The notes below the pieces were generated by a model, which did not search any database, had not been told where the DNA came from, and saw nothing but the letters and a program-made list of their open reading frames with translations. A stretch of DNA of 63,987 nt, counting the filler, from Dirinaria sp. TL-2023a (taxonomy: Eukaryota): NCBI GenBank assembly GCA_051941275.1. It is 5 parts of 5 records of this genome, joined end to end, with 100 filler letters (N's around TTAATTAATTAA, not from the genome) between each part and the next. Parts side by side here need not be neighbours in the genome. Positions count along the whole stretch, not along the records: positions 25,974 to 38,845 come from JAVEBF010000732.1; positions 38,946 to 51,784 come from JAVEBF010000733.1; 3 more parts are not named here. The stretch is one strand, 5' to 3'. Positions 26,722 to 39,113 of this stretch are shown here, piece after piece. The position numbers were made by a program, and so were the translations under genes. Every line of letters starts with the position of its first letter. Position 1 is the first letter of the stretch.

Positions 26722-29084
26722 TCATCGCTCCCGGTCCCTATCCCTGCCCCTATTATCACCAGCAGCACTAGGGACATAGCGATCGATCTCCACAAACGGT
26801 TTTTTCTCCCTCTCCCTCTCCCTCTCTCTCTCGCCACCGGCATAGCGATCCCTATCTCTGTCCGCTGCGTGCCGGTGGTCCCGTTCCCGATCTCCTCTCT
26901 CACTATTATACCTACCATCCTTATCCCCGCGATCGCGGTACCGATCTTTGTCATCGTACCGATCACGGTCACGCTCTCGATCCTTTTCTCTCTCGCGGTC
27001 TCTATATCGATCTTTCTCATCGTACCTCTCACGGTCCCGGTCCCGGTGGTCTCGATCTGCGTACCTGTCTCGGTCTCGGTCTCGGTCTCGGTCTCTGTTC
27101 TCGTCCTCGGCGGCATCGCCTCCGTACCGCGAAGTCCGGTAGGCCCGGGGCTCCAGCTCCTTGGCTCTGCTGCTGGTGCTGGGCACGTAGCGGTCGATTT
27201 CGACGGGACTCTTTGCGCGAGGCCGGTCGCCGTGCCGCGCGCCCCGCGTCTCGATGTAGCCTGACGATCCGTGCAGGCTGGAGCGGGCGGGGCTGCGGGA
27301 GCGCGTGTACCGTCTTTCTCGATCGTGATGGGCACGGTCACGGCTGCGAGAGCGGTCGTGGCGGGAAGAGCGATGGTTATCTAGTTCGTGATCGTATTCT
27401 CGCGAGGAGCGGTACCTGTCCTTTTCATAGTTTTGCTCGCGCGAGGAGCGGTATCGCTCCTTGTCGTAGTCGTAGTCTCGATGCTTCTCTCGCTCTCGGT
27501 CATACTGCTTTCCTCTTTCGTAGCCGCGGTCCTCGTGCTCGTCTTCGTAGTCTCGTCGAGACGACGGCCGGTGAGGATCGAGATATGAGTGGCGGCGCTC
27601 GTCGCCGTGGATTGCTGCGCGGCTCCTGCTCCGGTCATGTGATTTTTGATAGGAATCGTCCGCTTCGTATCGTGAGCTTGAATGCTGCTTCTGGCTGTAA
27701 TCGGTACTTGGTTTGGAGGACTTGAAGTCATCACGAGTGCTCTCACGGCGAACGTAAGTACGGGATGGCGATCGATCACGTGTCGCAGCCTCCGGAGGCG
27801 ACACGTCCGGTGGGCGGTTGGTCTGGCTATAGCTGAGTTTTGGCCCTTTTGGGATGGCGATGGGCTTTTGCGGAGAACGGCTCCGGTCAGCAGCAGGTCC
27901 TTTGGGAGGCGAAGGTTCACCGAGCTTGTTGGGGGGCTTGACGGATAAGCTCTTGCGCAGTGATGCTGGCTCTAGAGATTCCGAGCGTTCGTGGTCGATT
28001 CTAGGCCCCGACTTCGCTGCGAGCTCACGTCCTTCACGGAGTAAGAGCTCGAGAGCTGCCGTCTCAAGCGCTTTTTCGTCCACAGGAGGAGGCGTTGGGG
28101 ACTTCGCGATTGCTGGCGAAGGCGAGGGGCGTGTCGCAGCATCTTGACTTCGAGAAGGTCCTTCAGACTCGCGATTGGACGACTTATATCGGTCCCTGCT
28201 TCGGACTGCTGCACGACTATTCTCAAGCTCTTCCTTTCGTCGTCTTTCGTGCCGCTCCTGCCGTCTGAGCTCCTCTTCCTTCTCCTCCTGCTTCAGCAAA
28301 GCTCGATGAGCTTCTCGGGCCTTTGCGCGCTCTTCCTCTCGGGCCTTGCGCTCTCTCCTCCTTTCATCGGCTCTGCGCAGTTTTTCGAGCTCTGCCTTCT
28401 TCTTTGCTTCCTCCGCGCGCAGCTTCTCGACTTCCTCTTCGCGCCGCCTGCGAGCTTCTTCCAGCTTATTTTGCTTTTCCCTGGCTTCTCGCCTGACTGC
28501 GGCTTCTCTCGCGTACTCTTCATCAGGCTTCTTACCACGTTTTTCCTCCTCCACTGCAGCGTCCTCGCCGATCTCTTGTTTTCTGAACTCCCTTGCTACC
28601 AACTCGACCTGCGCTACATGTTCTGCAAGGAGAGTGTCCAACGCCGTCTCCACGCTTTTGTAGATATCGCTTCGGTCTACGGCGCCTTGCATCAACGTCG
28701 CAGCTTTGCCTCGATCGCGAGACAGCAGCGATGGGTCGCGCTCGATCTCCGCCTCCGCAAGATCATGTAATGCATCGTTAAAACGTGCATTTGCATCCTA
28801 GAATTGGTGTTTTAGCCATGCGGACAATTACTATCGAGAGAGTAGCACGAGTAGTTTGAGCAGTGATCGAATGCGTAGTTACTCACACTTTCTATGTACT
28901 GAGTCCAGACACGTTTCCGTAAAGTATCGTATTCCCCCTTTTTTTTGATGGTGTGGAGAAGGCTGTCAATAGTAGATTTTTGATTTGGACTGAGAGGCAG
29001 TTCGGAGGTTTTGAATCGTTTGCGCTGTGCCTGTGGCTCCTCTTGTGAGGTTCTCTTGGGTGAAGCGAGCTCCATAGCTGCCAT
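26722..29084 (-). CDS. BOD1/SHG1 (COMPASS-Shg1)-domain protein with coiled coil and long RD/RE/RS-rich tail
   Basis: Exon 1 KRFKTSELPL...IDSLLHTIKKKGEYDTLRKRVW, intron 28798-28886, exon 2 LAEAEIERDPSLLSRSRGKAATLMQGAVDRS. The KKxGxFDxLRK-type motif is characteristic of BOD1/Shg1. Confidence 0.75.
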
Positions 29085-29365
29085 GTGTGGCCATAAGAAA
29101 CCTTAATAATGATCATTGAAAGGAAAATGATCCAACTCCGTAAGCAAGCCATGTTCATGGCGCGTCTGCAGATGGTCCGCACTAGCGGCAAGAGCCGCGC
29201 AAGGTTCACATGAAGCGCGACACTTGACCCATCATTTTCGACAGCTCCAAACTTGTCAGCTGCCATCAACACTTTCCACAGCTCCTCTACAAGCCATTGT
29301 GAGATTCATACCTCCATATCTCTTGCCTCCATATCTCCTATCATCCAGAGCGCACGCAATCCACG

Positions 29366-29727
29366 ATGGTCCACAAGATCTTGTTCTGGAGCGGCTTCGG
29401 TACGTATCAGCTCATTCTCGAGAAGCTTTGGTAACCGCTAATCCATTTCCGTATTCATTAGGCCTGGCTGTACGTTTCCTCCAGCTCGGCATCGAAATGA
29501 GACCATTTTTTACCCGTCAATCGCTATGGGTGTGGCCGCTCTTCGCAGGAGTAGGAGGCAGCTTCGGGTACTGGTTACAGGGCGTTGAGAGTCGGCAGAT
29601 GGCCATACTGGCAGAACGCAGGGAATCATTACTAGAAAAGCGAGCGCGAAGAGCGGCGAGGTTGCAGGCTGCACAGAACGAATCAACAAAGGCAGAGGAA
29701 GGTGGGATATTAGCGAGCACGTCATGA
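29366..29727 (+). CDS. NADH:ubiquinone oxidoreductase 14 kDa accessory subunit (fungal, NDUFC2-like)
   Basis: MVHKILFWSGFG | intron 29400-29461 | LAVRFLQLGIEMRPFF...GGSFGYWLQGVESRQMAILAERRESLLEKRARR. Confidence 0.85.
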
Positions 29728-31339
29728 AAGGAAGCCATCCAGCTATTTGATATTTCGTTAAGATGGGCCGGAGCTTACGATTCATGCACCGATTGCATGC
29801 AGAGAGCACCAGCATCTCCACATTAACGGCGTTGGAATCGCTCTTTCAATGATACTGGGAGAAAATGGGTGTAGGAGGCCCTGTATCTGTACTATTGCCT
29901 TATAACAGCCAAATTCTGTTGAACACACCGAGTTCTTATCAGTTCAATTATGTCTATTTTCGGTACTTGCTCATGCAAGAGGCAGAGAAGAGCTCACTCC
30001 CTCGTGTTTCTTTCAATGCAGTCTGCTTTCTCACTATTTGGTTATTTAGGGGTTTTCTAGGGTCATCAAATGTCACTTCCCGTTCCCGTATCAGAGAGCA
30101 ATAGGAATTTCCACAACTTGATCTTCGAGTTACTCCTCTGACAGCTGCCGTTCCTTGTATGTTACATAAAGGGAATGCAGAACATGGAAGACCGTCCCCG
30201 CTATCTTGATTTGAGCCAACTGGGACTGGTATCAAACGCCGAGCCCGCCATCATTGCATAGCTTGCCAAACCGCATTTTCCAACCACAGTATCTCATCAC
30301 TTCGTCGCTCTTACTCTGTTCATACCTTTTGCCTTAGGCAGTAACGCATCTCTCGTCAAGAACTAGCTTCAATGGCGGTTTCTATGAACAAGATGCGTCG
30401 TAAACCTCTCAAGTCTTCTCGCTTCTCGCTTCTCACTTTCAATTTTCTTCGATCTCGCTTTCTCAATCATACAAACTCAATCCTCGAATGAGAATTCATT
30501 TCAACTTTTCTTTTGACCACTCAGGAATCATGTCTAGATGCCACTTAGGTATGAATCGATTCTTTCATTCTTCCACGCTCTGAATGTCGCTTCTTCCTAG
30601 TCTCTAACGACTATCGATAAAGAGCCAAAGCACTTGATCTATTGAAATAAATGCAAAGACGGGTCGTTGTCACCAACGAATCTCATCTATCAAGATGAGA
30701 GTTTCGAAAGAGCAGTCTCTTCAGATGTTGACTTGACAGCTCAACAAGGACGTGCAACCACCTATCGGAGGGAGCTCGACTAAAAATTCACCTGACCTGC
30801 TGCACTCTGATCTAGAAGATCCGTACGGCAGTTGGTTAGGCGTGTACCTATTAACCAATATCGGGCCATCTGATAACCTGTCTCATTAGGCACAGCATCG
30901 CACAAGATATTCGCGACAGAGACATAATGATGCTAAGAAGTCAGATATAAGCGAAATCTCCAACAGTATCACAAGAGACATGTGTCACAGAAAGCTCTTT
31001 GAAGACGATAACGCAGTGACCGTATGATTTAAATGACTATTAGCGAGCTAGTGAAGTCAAGAAGAGCGCACTTGATCGAATTAACATATCTTCGGCACAG
31101 ACGCAATCAGCTTTGATGTAAAGTATGCTAAAAAGACAGACATTGAGATGCTACAATCGCTTTACATCATGTTCAATCCTAAAGACGGCTTGGCAAGCCA
31201 TTTGGTCTCAACAGACCAATTTCCGGCTGGGCTTGCAAGCTCGATCTGACGGAAAGTTGTCAGTTGGGTTAAGGTTCTGTAAGTCCATAATGCGCAGGTT
31301 TACTCACACCGTAGCGCTGCAGCAACAAAGGGATAAACT

Positions 31340-32113
31340 TAGAGCAAGGCGACCCACCGGCCACGACTCTCATGCAAGCTGTCGAGTATAATGAGAATGC
31401 CAGCTTTGGACTCAATTCGTACTTCTTGCCAAGGAAGCTTTTGATGGGACGAGACCCTGCAACCTTGCAGAAATGGGACCACGCCATCGTGAAGCTAAAT
31501 CCCGGCAAAAGCTACTCTGGCCGTGATACTCTGATGAATTTCCTTGCAACTAATCCCGAGGAGGCGGCTCATAACCGGCAACATTATGGGCATGGACGAT
31601 GTGAAGCCATCCAAGTTCCGACTGAAGATGTACTTCACATCGCGCCACACCAGTTTCCAGTCGGCCCGAGAAGTCATGACCATTAGCGGACTTCGAGACG
31701 TTTCCGACTCCAGTCTGCAAGACCTACGTTGCCTGATTTAGCAGTCTTGGGGCTTCCTTGACGACTTCCCTGAGGATGCCGGGATTTCTGCCGAGTCTAC
31801 CAGCGGCAATGCCTAGCCTGACTTTGACGCATTGTGTGAATGCTTCATCTACTGCTTCGACATTGCCCCCAGGAGCGGCAAGCCTAAGGTCAGGTTCTAT
31901 CTGCCCACGCCTAAATATGGAGCTGACGACCTTGCCATCGCTCGAAATCTGACAGCTTGGCTCCACACACCTAGTCGCGGTGCCTATGCCGATGCGTACA
32001 TCGGTATACTAGATCAACTTACTAAACACCGAGTGCTAGAGAATGGGAAGGGTCTGCATGCTTACACCAGCTACCAATATACTGAGAGGGGAGAACCAGC
32101 CATCAAGTCATAG
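31340..32113 (+). pseudogene. DMATS/ABBA aromatic prenyltransferase pseudogene (C-terminal half)
   Basis: MGMDDVKPSKFRLKMYF..TSF, FIYCFDIAP..PKVRFYLP..YGADDLAIA and GKGLHAYTSY..GEPAIKS. Frameshifts near 31560, 31738 and 31757; in-frame TAGs at 31814 and 32111. No N-terminal half seen. Confidence 0.8.
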
Positions 32114-32272
32114 GTCATACTGGAAATACCTCATGATCGAGCAATTCCAAATCTTCTTGAGCCAATGTGATGATATTCGACATGGCGTGTACGTATGCTA
32201 CTTGAACGATGGCTAATCGGTGGCGAAGCTTGCCATGATCAGGTATTTTGTTGTATGAGCTTTCGTGAACTC

Positions 32273-33826
32273 TCATTGCTTCTCGTTACTCCTACGCTGG
32301 GCATCCTCCCACAGGTATTGGCCAGGAGCATCGTGCAGCGTGTGTATCCAAGGTAACAAACACAGCTGACAACGAATAGCTGGCCAATCCTTAAGATTAA
32401 GCTGTTCACAAGTCTCCAAGATCAACTGCCGATGGTCCTTGCGCTTCAGAATTGAGATACCGCCAATAAACAAAATCCACAGGAGTAGTGCGAGCTCGCT
32501 GTCCTTGGTGCCTGCGGGCATGAGTTGGAGGTCGTGAATGGCGCTTTCCAGACGGTCAGAAAGGTAACTGGAGTCCTCATTGCAATATTTCGGAAGCAAG
32601 GTCGTCATGAATGCCAACATTGTCAGATGTACCACATCGTCATAGATTCCTCCTAACATAGAGCGTGATTGCCCTGAGGGAGCAAACTCTATCAAACGAT
32701 AAAGAAGTGATACGATCGTTTCCGTGTAACTCAGCGGGTCAAGCTTTGTTTGACCCTCCCTCTGCCTACTGTTGAGAACACCGGCGAAGCTGGCGAGGCT
32801 TAGCATGATACGCGAAAGCCTAGTAGCAATGATAGGGAGCTGGTCTTCAGTGAAGCAACAATCGCTTGAAACACAGTCCGCCCATACAAGTGCATCGCTG
32901 CGAAACAGAGGAGGTAGCCCCGTCTGCAACGCTAATTCGACGTCAAGCCTGGTAATTATAAGACTTTCCGCTTTAAATTCGCGAAGGATAAGAAAGAGAT
33001 GCACGTACCTCAATGGCTTCAGCGCCAATGCACGGTTCTCTTTCATCAGTCTGGCGATTCCTCCCCGGAGCTCGATCATTCGATAAAGCCCGTTAAGGTG
33101 TATCAAGCCAACAGAGGGTAAATGATGTGTCTGTTGGTAAATGGCGAGGGTGACCACAGCAGCTATAGCGCTGTCTGAAACCGATTCAGGGCCAGATAGC
33201 TTGAGATTGACTAGGGCATACGCCTGTGAGATGTGATGTAAGGTCTTGACGGATATTGAAGGCGTACGCTGGGAGAAATCGACGTAGGACGCCGATACAG
33301 CCAGTGTACAGTGGAAGTCTTGGAGGGAAAATATCAATGTGGCTATATGGAGATGGCTTATTTGCTACTCACATGCTTCATCGGCCAGAATATAATTGAC
33401 CCAGATCGACTTGATCATGTCAAATTTCGAGCAGAATTGGGGTGGAAAGAGCGCATCACTGATGTCAAAGAACCCTGAGAGAGTTGAGTAAGTCAAGACA
33501 AATTAAATAGGTGGACGGATTCTAAACGAAACACTGTCCGTACATCGATGCATGAGTTTGGTGGCTTCCGAGTCCAGCTGTTGAGGGAATGTGGTTAGAC
33601 ACAGATCGTTCCAGAGCAGCTGTCGTCCGCATTTCGATTGTCTTGCAAATAACAACTGAGGAAAGGTCGGAGCGCGTTTGGCATGAACGGCGGTCAGTTG
33701 TTTCTTTGTCGAACGGCGCGGTCTGCCTGCGTTCTTGCCTTTCATTACATGCGAACGGATGATACGCCGGTCAGACTCGGACGGACCAGACGCTATCGCA
33801 CTTTGGTCGATGAATTGTAGCATCAT
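32273..33826 (-). CDS. Fungal-specific transcription factor-like protein (IRSHVM-type N-terminus, Fungal_trans_2/DUF3468-like), no Zn2Cys6 cluster
   Basis: MMLQFIDQ...DRRIIRSHVMKGKN, VSDSAIAAVVTL, IHLNGLYRMIELRGGI and LLWILFIGG. Introns near 33477-33543, 33320-33372 and 32950-33007. Confidence 0.7.
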
Positions 33827-34587
33827 GCCTGTCAGGTCAAATTGCCGTGTCGCGTAGTGAGAGCAACCGGGCAGCAGTGTTAGGAATAGACTGGAAGCGC
33901 CACCACCATCATGCAATTACTGCAGAAGTCCTTGAAGGTAGGTAGTTTATCCTCTACTCCATAAGGATTCGAAGTCGGAGCTGAAGCGATGGAGCCGCGT
34001 TGCCGCGGCACGAGTACATAGAGTCGTCTGACACGGACTGTCTTTGTAAGCACATCTTTCTTGTGCTTTTAGTCGAAGTGCGTCACAGTTTCCTAAATTT
34101 TGGGATCGATTCCAGATTCTTGAATACAGAGATTTGCAGAATTCGAGATCTTGCTCAACCCTATGTGAAAAAGAAACCCTAAGGTACTGATGCAGAATTT
34201 GTTGGAACACGGAATAAGTTCCGAAATTCCGAACAGCCTCTAAACCAACCTCCATCCCTCCCTTGCTGAAGAATTTCCATTCTGTAAGTAGATTCTTGTT
34301 CATGGAGAGCCTTGATCCTTCTATCAATCTCATCATTGGTGTTACCAAATGAATTGTTGTCAAAACCTCTTCTTTGACCTGCAGTTGCCAGCGAATGGGC
34401 AGAGAGGTCTGCCGCATTGCTGTTCAAGTACATTCTTCCATTTAGGATGTCTAACATTGATACAAGCTCGAACATAGCTACTAGCTTCGCTACTTTACCA
34501 TTCAAATATGCGAGCAGTACATGGTTTTTTGGCTTCTTGTCAGGTTCACATGCAAAGCAAATATAAAAGCTCCGCCTTTCAACACCC

Positions 34588-35742
34588 CTAGCCGAAGCCG
34601 ATCTGCGAGAGCTGCGAGAGCTGCGAGACACACCCAGGCTGTACCTCTTCCAGCCGAGCGGATAGCTCCCTCCAGATATCCTTCTGTAACCGCTGGCCTT
34701 CTGCATTGCTAACCCAATCCGGCACCCAGTTTTCCTTGATCTTACAACCTGATAGCAACTTTCCGTGGCTCTCCTCGCCCGCCACCAAACCATGCAAGAT
34801 CGTGCGGCTCCCCTCTTCTGCAGTTCGTGCCATCATGGCTCGAACCGTCTCATGCATGACCTTGGTGAAAGTCCTTGCGTCTCGGCCCAAACCAGTCGAG
34901 CAAAGACCAGGGGCGACCATGTTCACCACCACGCCGGTACGCTCAACAGGGCACAGCCCGGCGAATTGGCGAACGGCACACTCTTCTACGAGCTTTGTGA
35001 GAGCGTACCTGATTCAAATCTCAGTTTCGCATGCCATTATTTCACGTAGCAGATTAGCCCAATGAGTACCAAGGCAGTCGCTCTCTTACCGTTTGTCCAT
35101 GTTAGCCCGTTTTCGGTCGTTGAGCCCATCAAAGATACTACCCTCGCGGCTTTTGTCCATCTCGCTTTTCACTGTGTATCCCAGAACACTGACGATGAAG
35201 ACCAGAGAGGGGTGCATCTCGAATTTTCGTCCACTGTCGCTCAGTTTGGGCATCATCAAAGCCCCCAAAAACAAGGTATTAACGATATTAACGGTGACGC
35301 TGGACTCCATGCTTTCGGCGATTGACCATGCGTCTATCATGATGCCAGCATTGGCTACGAAGCCATCGATTCTCTCCAATTCCGTCGATGCTTTCTTGGC
35401 GAAGCTCTGAACAGACGCAGACGATGCCATGTCGACATGCATTATCTGTTCCAATACTAAGTCCGGAAACCGTGGTTGGAGCCTTAACAGCGTACTTACT
35501 TGTATCACTCCCTCGCGGCCCGTCGATTTCTCGATTTCCTTCTTTGCAGCCTCTCCTGCCGTCAGGTTCCGCACTGCCAGGACCACGCACGCGGCGCAGG
35601 ATTCCACAAGATGTCGTGCAGTTTCCAAGCCTAAGCCGGAATTGCTGCCTGTAACTATGTAAGTCCTCCCAGAGCAAGTCGACTCATCTGTGAGGATAGG
35701 CAGCTTCCTGTACTGCTCGGCAGTCAGTCGGAGCATCACCAT
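34588..35742 (-). CDS. Short-chain dehydrogenase/reductase (retinol-DH-like fungal SDR)
   Basis: TGSNSGLG, VANAGI, catalytic YALTK after an intron, VNMVAPGLCSTGL and ARTAEEGSR. Two introns. Confidence 0.9.
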
Positions 35743-36914
35743 CTTGACTGTGCTCTCTCTTAGAGACTAAGGTGTAAGAAAGAAAGTCTAGGTGAGCTGA
35801 TGAAGGATGGGGGTGGTGTGGTGATCAAATACCTTGGAACTCCTGTTCCGAAGGCCTCCTCTCTGCGTACCAGTCCAACCAATTAGATATTGGTATCTAT
35901 TTCAGGTTAGATCGATCCCCTTGCCTACGGTACCTTATGCCTTGGTCCAATCAGATATTCTTTGCTTTTTTGGGACTAGCGGGGTCCCCGTAGCGCGGCC
36001 TCTTCTATCTTTCCTCTGTACTTCAGTTCGCCTGAACCTCTCGAGGTCCATCAATTTGACCAATAAATAATAATAAGATCTCCAAATTGTACTCGTACCT
36101 CCCTACAATGGAAGCTACAAAATCATTGCTCCACAAAACCCAAGGACACGACTTGGACGAGTAATTGAACAGGAGGATCGGCTCAAGATGTCGAAGAGGA
36201 CATGAGCTGACGGTTGCCATTCCAGACTTCTTTTGAGACTTTCAGAGGACTTGAACTTTGGTGCTCATCCGTTCTATCTAGCCTGCAGGCATACAAGAAA
36301 GGCAACAAGATCGCGCAGAAGATGGAAGTAATCTACCAAAGGAGTGCGCCGCAACTAACGCAGAGCATTCAACAGCAAGGAGATAAAGCTCTGAATATAG
36401 CCTGGTAACCATACGAAATTTGTGAGCCGAGGTGTCGTGTTCCATGGATGCCAGAGGGGCATTTAGGGAGAGTAGCATAAGGTACAGATAAAAGCAAGGT
36501 ATGAATCCTGGTATTGGACGAAAGATTAGATATGGCATGATGAACCGAACTTGCATCGCTCGAGCCAAGACTTATCAAGGTGTCCCTTAATTATTCTCGA
36601 ACTACCTAAGTTCTAGATATCATGGTTACTGATCTCAATACGGTACTGCTCAAAGTTTTCCCTCGGCCACTCAACCTCCGGGTGAGGCTTACACTAGCGT
36701 TTTTGTTGAGTATCTCAGTATTATTCATTTATTTATTTATGGATCAATCTTTCCATTCTTCTTTGCCCCCAATATGGCTCCTTTCCTTGGCTTCTAGTCC
36801 CCGCTTGCACCAGCCTACACTGCGTTTTCGACTACTGAAACCGCTCCAACCGCTCACTGAGTAAAGTAGGATAATTTCACATCGGACTGGCCTTTGTTGC
36901 TCATATAGTTCACC

Positions 36915-37939
36915 ATGGCAGAATTGCGAACGACCAAGAACCCTCCAAGCCCACACAGCCCACGACAAGAGATGACTCCCGCAAATTTCCTGAGTGATGG
37001 TCAAACACTCGGTGAGATCAAGAGGAGAAGTTCTCTGAACGTCACACCTCAGAACCCGAAGAGGTTACGTTTAGAACCATCATCAGAAGGAATATTATCC
37101 ATGGAAGAGTACATGAAAACACAAGAGTCGGACGCCCCCCAACAAACCTCGATCGCTCTCTTCGGGGATCTTGGGATCGTTCGGGATGGAGTCCAAGTGG
37201 GTTCGTTTACTTCTAACACACCATCAGATATCCTAATAGCGACCAGAAGGAGATCGAATCAAGAATGATCAAAATGCGACAGCGAATCGAAAACCTCAAA
37301 GAAATATTGAAAGACGATCAATTGTCCCGTTTGCAGCTTCTTATGCCAAATTTGTTAGTAGATCTAGCCAAGTATGCGGCGCGGTCCCTGAGCCAAGCAC
37401 ATTACTGTGAATCACCCTCGACAACGACACGGCTCCTGGAGTTTGTCAGTAAGCTCAATGAGGACGAACTCCAGAAAACAGGCATTCCCTATCAGTATAG
37501 AGACATGCTTCCGAAAATACCTAAGGCGAGTCTTAGTGCCATGATTTACAATTCCGTTGGCTAACCGTTTTTTGTAGTATATGGAAGGACGAACTGCCAC
37601 AGCGGGCGACACCAGCGGATCCCTGGCTCGGCTGCTGCTTGACAGCGCCGTACTTCGTGATGTGTATATGAGGTTCAAAGACCTTTTCCCCGTCATCTAC
37701 GGGAAAACCATCGAGGAAAAAGCGGAGGAGAACCGCGCATTGTGGGCCGAGGTAATACTCTAGCATGGAGCTAAAGAACTATCGTCCAGAGACTGCAGAG
37801 TCCCGCCATCAAATGTGCCATCGATACGGACCCAGTGCCACGACTCCTGCATGAAGGAGGTCCAGCGATGGTGCTGAATGAGACTCGGAGTCAGTTGTTG
37901 TACTTCGCAGCTTATCTACCATTATGTACTGTACTATAA
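36915..37939 (+). CDS. Hypothetical multi-exon protein, no recognised domain
   Basis: Three ORF pieces join in frame through introns 37197-37246 (GT-AG), 37526-37577 (GC-AG, GCTAAC branch) and 37752-37789 or -37798 (GT-AG). Stop TAA at 37937-37939. Confidence 0.55.
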
Positions 37940-38199
37940 TTGATTATTTATAGTCGGCTTCCTGGATTCTGGATTACACGTTTACGACATACTACCAACC
38001 GTGCGACTTTGGGAGGGAGGATCGTCAAGCCCGGACCCATGTGCTCCATCGGAAGCGATTCACCAAAGTACAGAGTGGTTCTCTGTGCTGGAAACGAGCC
38101 TTGGTCTGAAGCCAGCTCGTCCTGCTGGATGTCGGGACCCCTTTGGGACGCCATATTATTAGTTTCCTCTAATATCGTGGCGAGCTCCATAGGAGAACA

Positions 38200-38845
38200 T
38201 CAGTATGTGGCAGAGAGCCTGTAGACCAGATAATCTCCGCTGTTGACCGGCCCCCACTTCTTTTCCCCCTTGTCGCCTCCATATGTCCCCGGCAAGGCCT
38301 CGATCGTTTTGTCGAAATCCGGGTTGCAAAAGTACGCCACCGAGTATCGAGGGGGATAGCGATCCTGGCCCTTTTCAGCCTTCAATGGAGGTTCCACCAC
38401 ACGGTGTCGCGTGCTCCGGATCATGCCGTTGCTCCATCTCGAAAGCAGATCGCCGGCGTTCAGCACAATCGTCCCTTCGATGGGTGTCACATCCGCGAAC
38501 GTCCCGTCCTGCCGCTCGACCTGCAAACCCCCCCTCGTATCCTGGAACAGCAATGTGATGCTCCCATAATCACTATGGAGCCCGGCTCTCACCCGGCCAT
38601 TGGCGAAAGCATCCGCAGATACCCCAGGATAATGCAATAACCTCAAGGTATTATCCCCTTGCTTGACATAATCCTCGAAAAACCCCGGCTCCAGGCCCAA
38701 CCCAATCGCAATCCCCTTCATGACCACCGCATGCAGCAGCCGACACTGTTCAAAGAAATCCCGCATCACGGATTTGAACTCCTCATCCCCCCGAGGCCAC
38801 TGATTCGGACACCCATCCTCCCCCTCCCGCCCCATCTCAAAGCTG
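38200..38845 (-). CDS. 2OG-Fe(II) dioxygenase (IPNS/thymine-dioxygenase-like), 5' part missing
   Basis: PNQWP, LRLLHYP, RAGLHSDYGSITLLFQD, NAGDLLSRWSN, STRHRV and RYSVAYFCNPD. Confidence 0.9.
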
Positions 38846-38945
38846 NNNNNNNNNNNNNNNNNNNNNNNNNNNNNNNNNNNNNNNNNNNNTTAATTAATTA
38901 ANNNNNNNNNNNNNNNNNNNNNNNNNNNNNNNNNNNNNNNNNNNN
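38846..38945. other. Artificial contig linker
   Basis: N44-TTAATTAATTAA-N44. Confidence 0.98.
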
Positions 38946-39113
38946 ATCTGTGCATGCCCCATCTAACCTCTGCTATGAATACACGCGCTAGCAAAAAAAA
39001 TGGCCTTCCTTTCCTATGGTACAAGATCGCTAAATGGCATGCATGGTGATGATGATGCGCGATATAGGGAGGTGGAGGATGACGAGGATGAGGACGAGGG
39101 ATGGCTGCTAGTG

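Noticed and set aside
26403..28770. Long overlapping or antisense ORFs (312, 208, 179 and 170 aa) in the SHG1-domain gene
   Set aside because: They are shadow frames of GC-rich, low-complexity RD/RE coding sequence and show no independent domain signal.
13083..29727. Two complex I subunit genes (and, separately, the 2OG oxygenases on contigs 1-3) read as a functional cluster
   Set aside because: They lie on different contigs separated by artificial linkers, so no linkage can be inferred.
30380..30640. TC/GA-rich stretch as a possible mutated transposon or LTR fragment
   Set aside because: No terminal repeats, target-site duplication or coding similarity is visible; composition alone is not enough.
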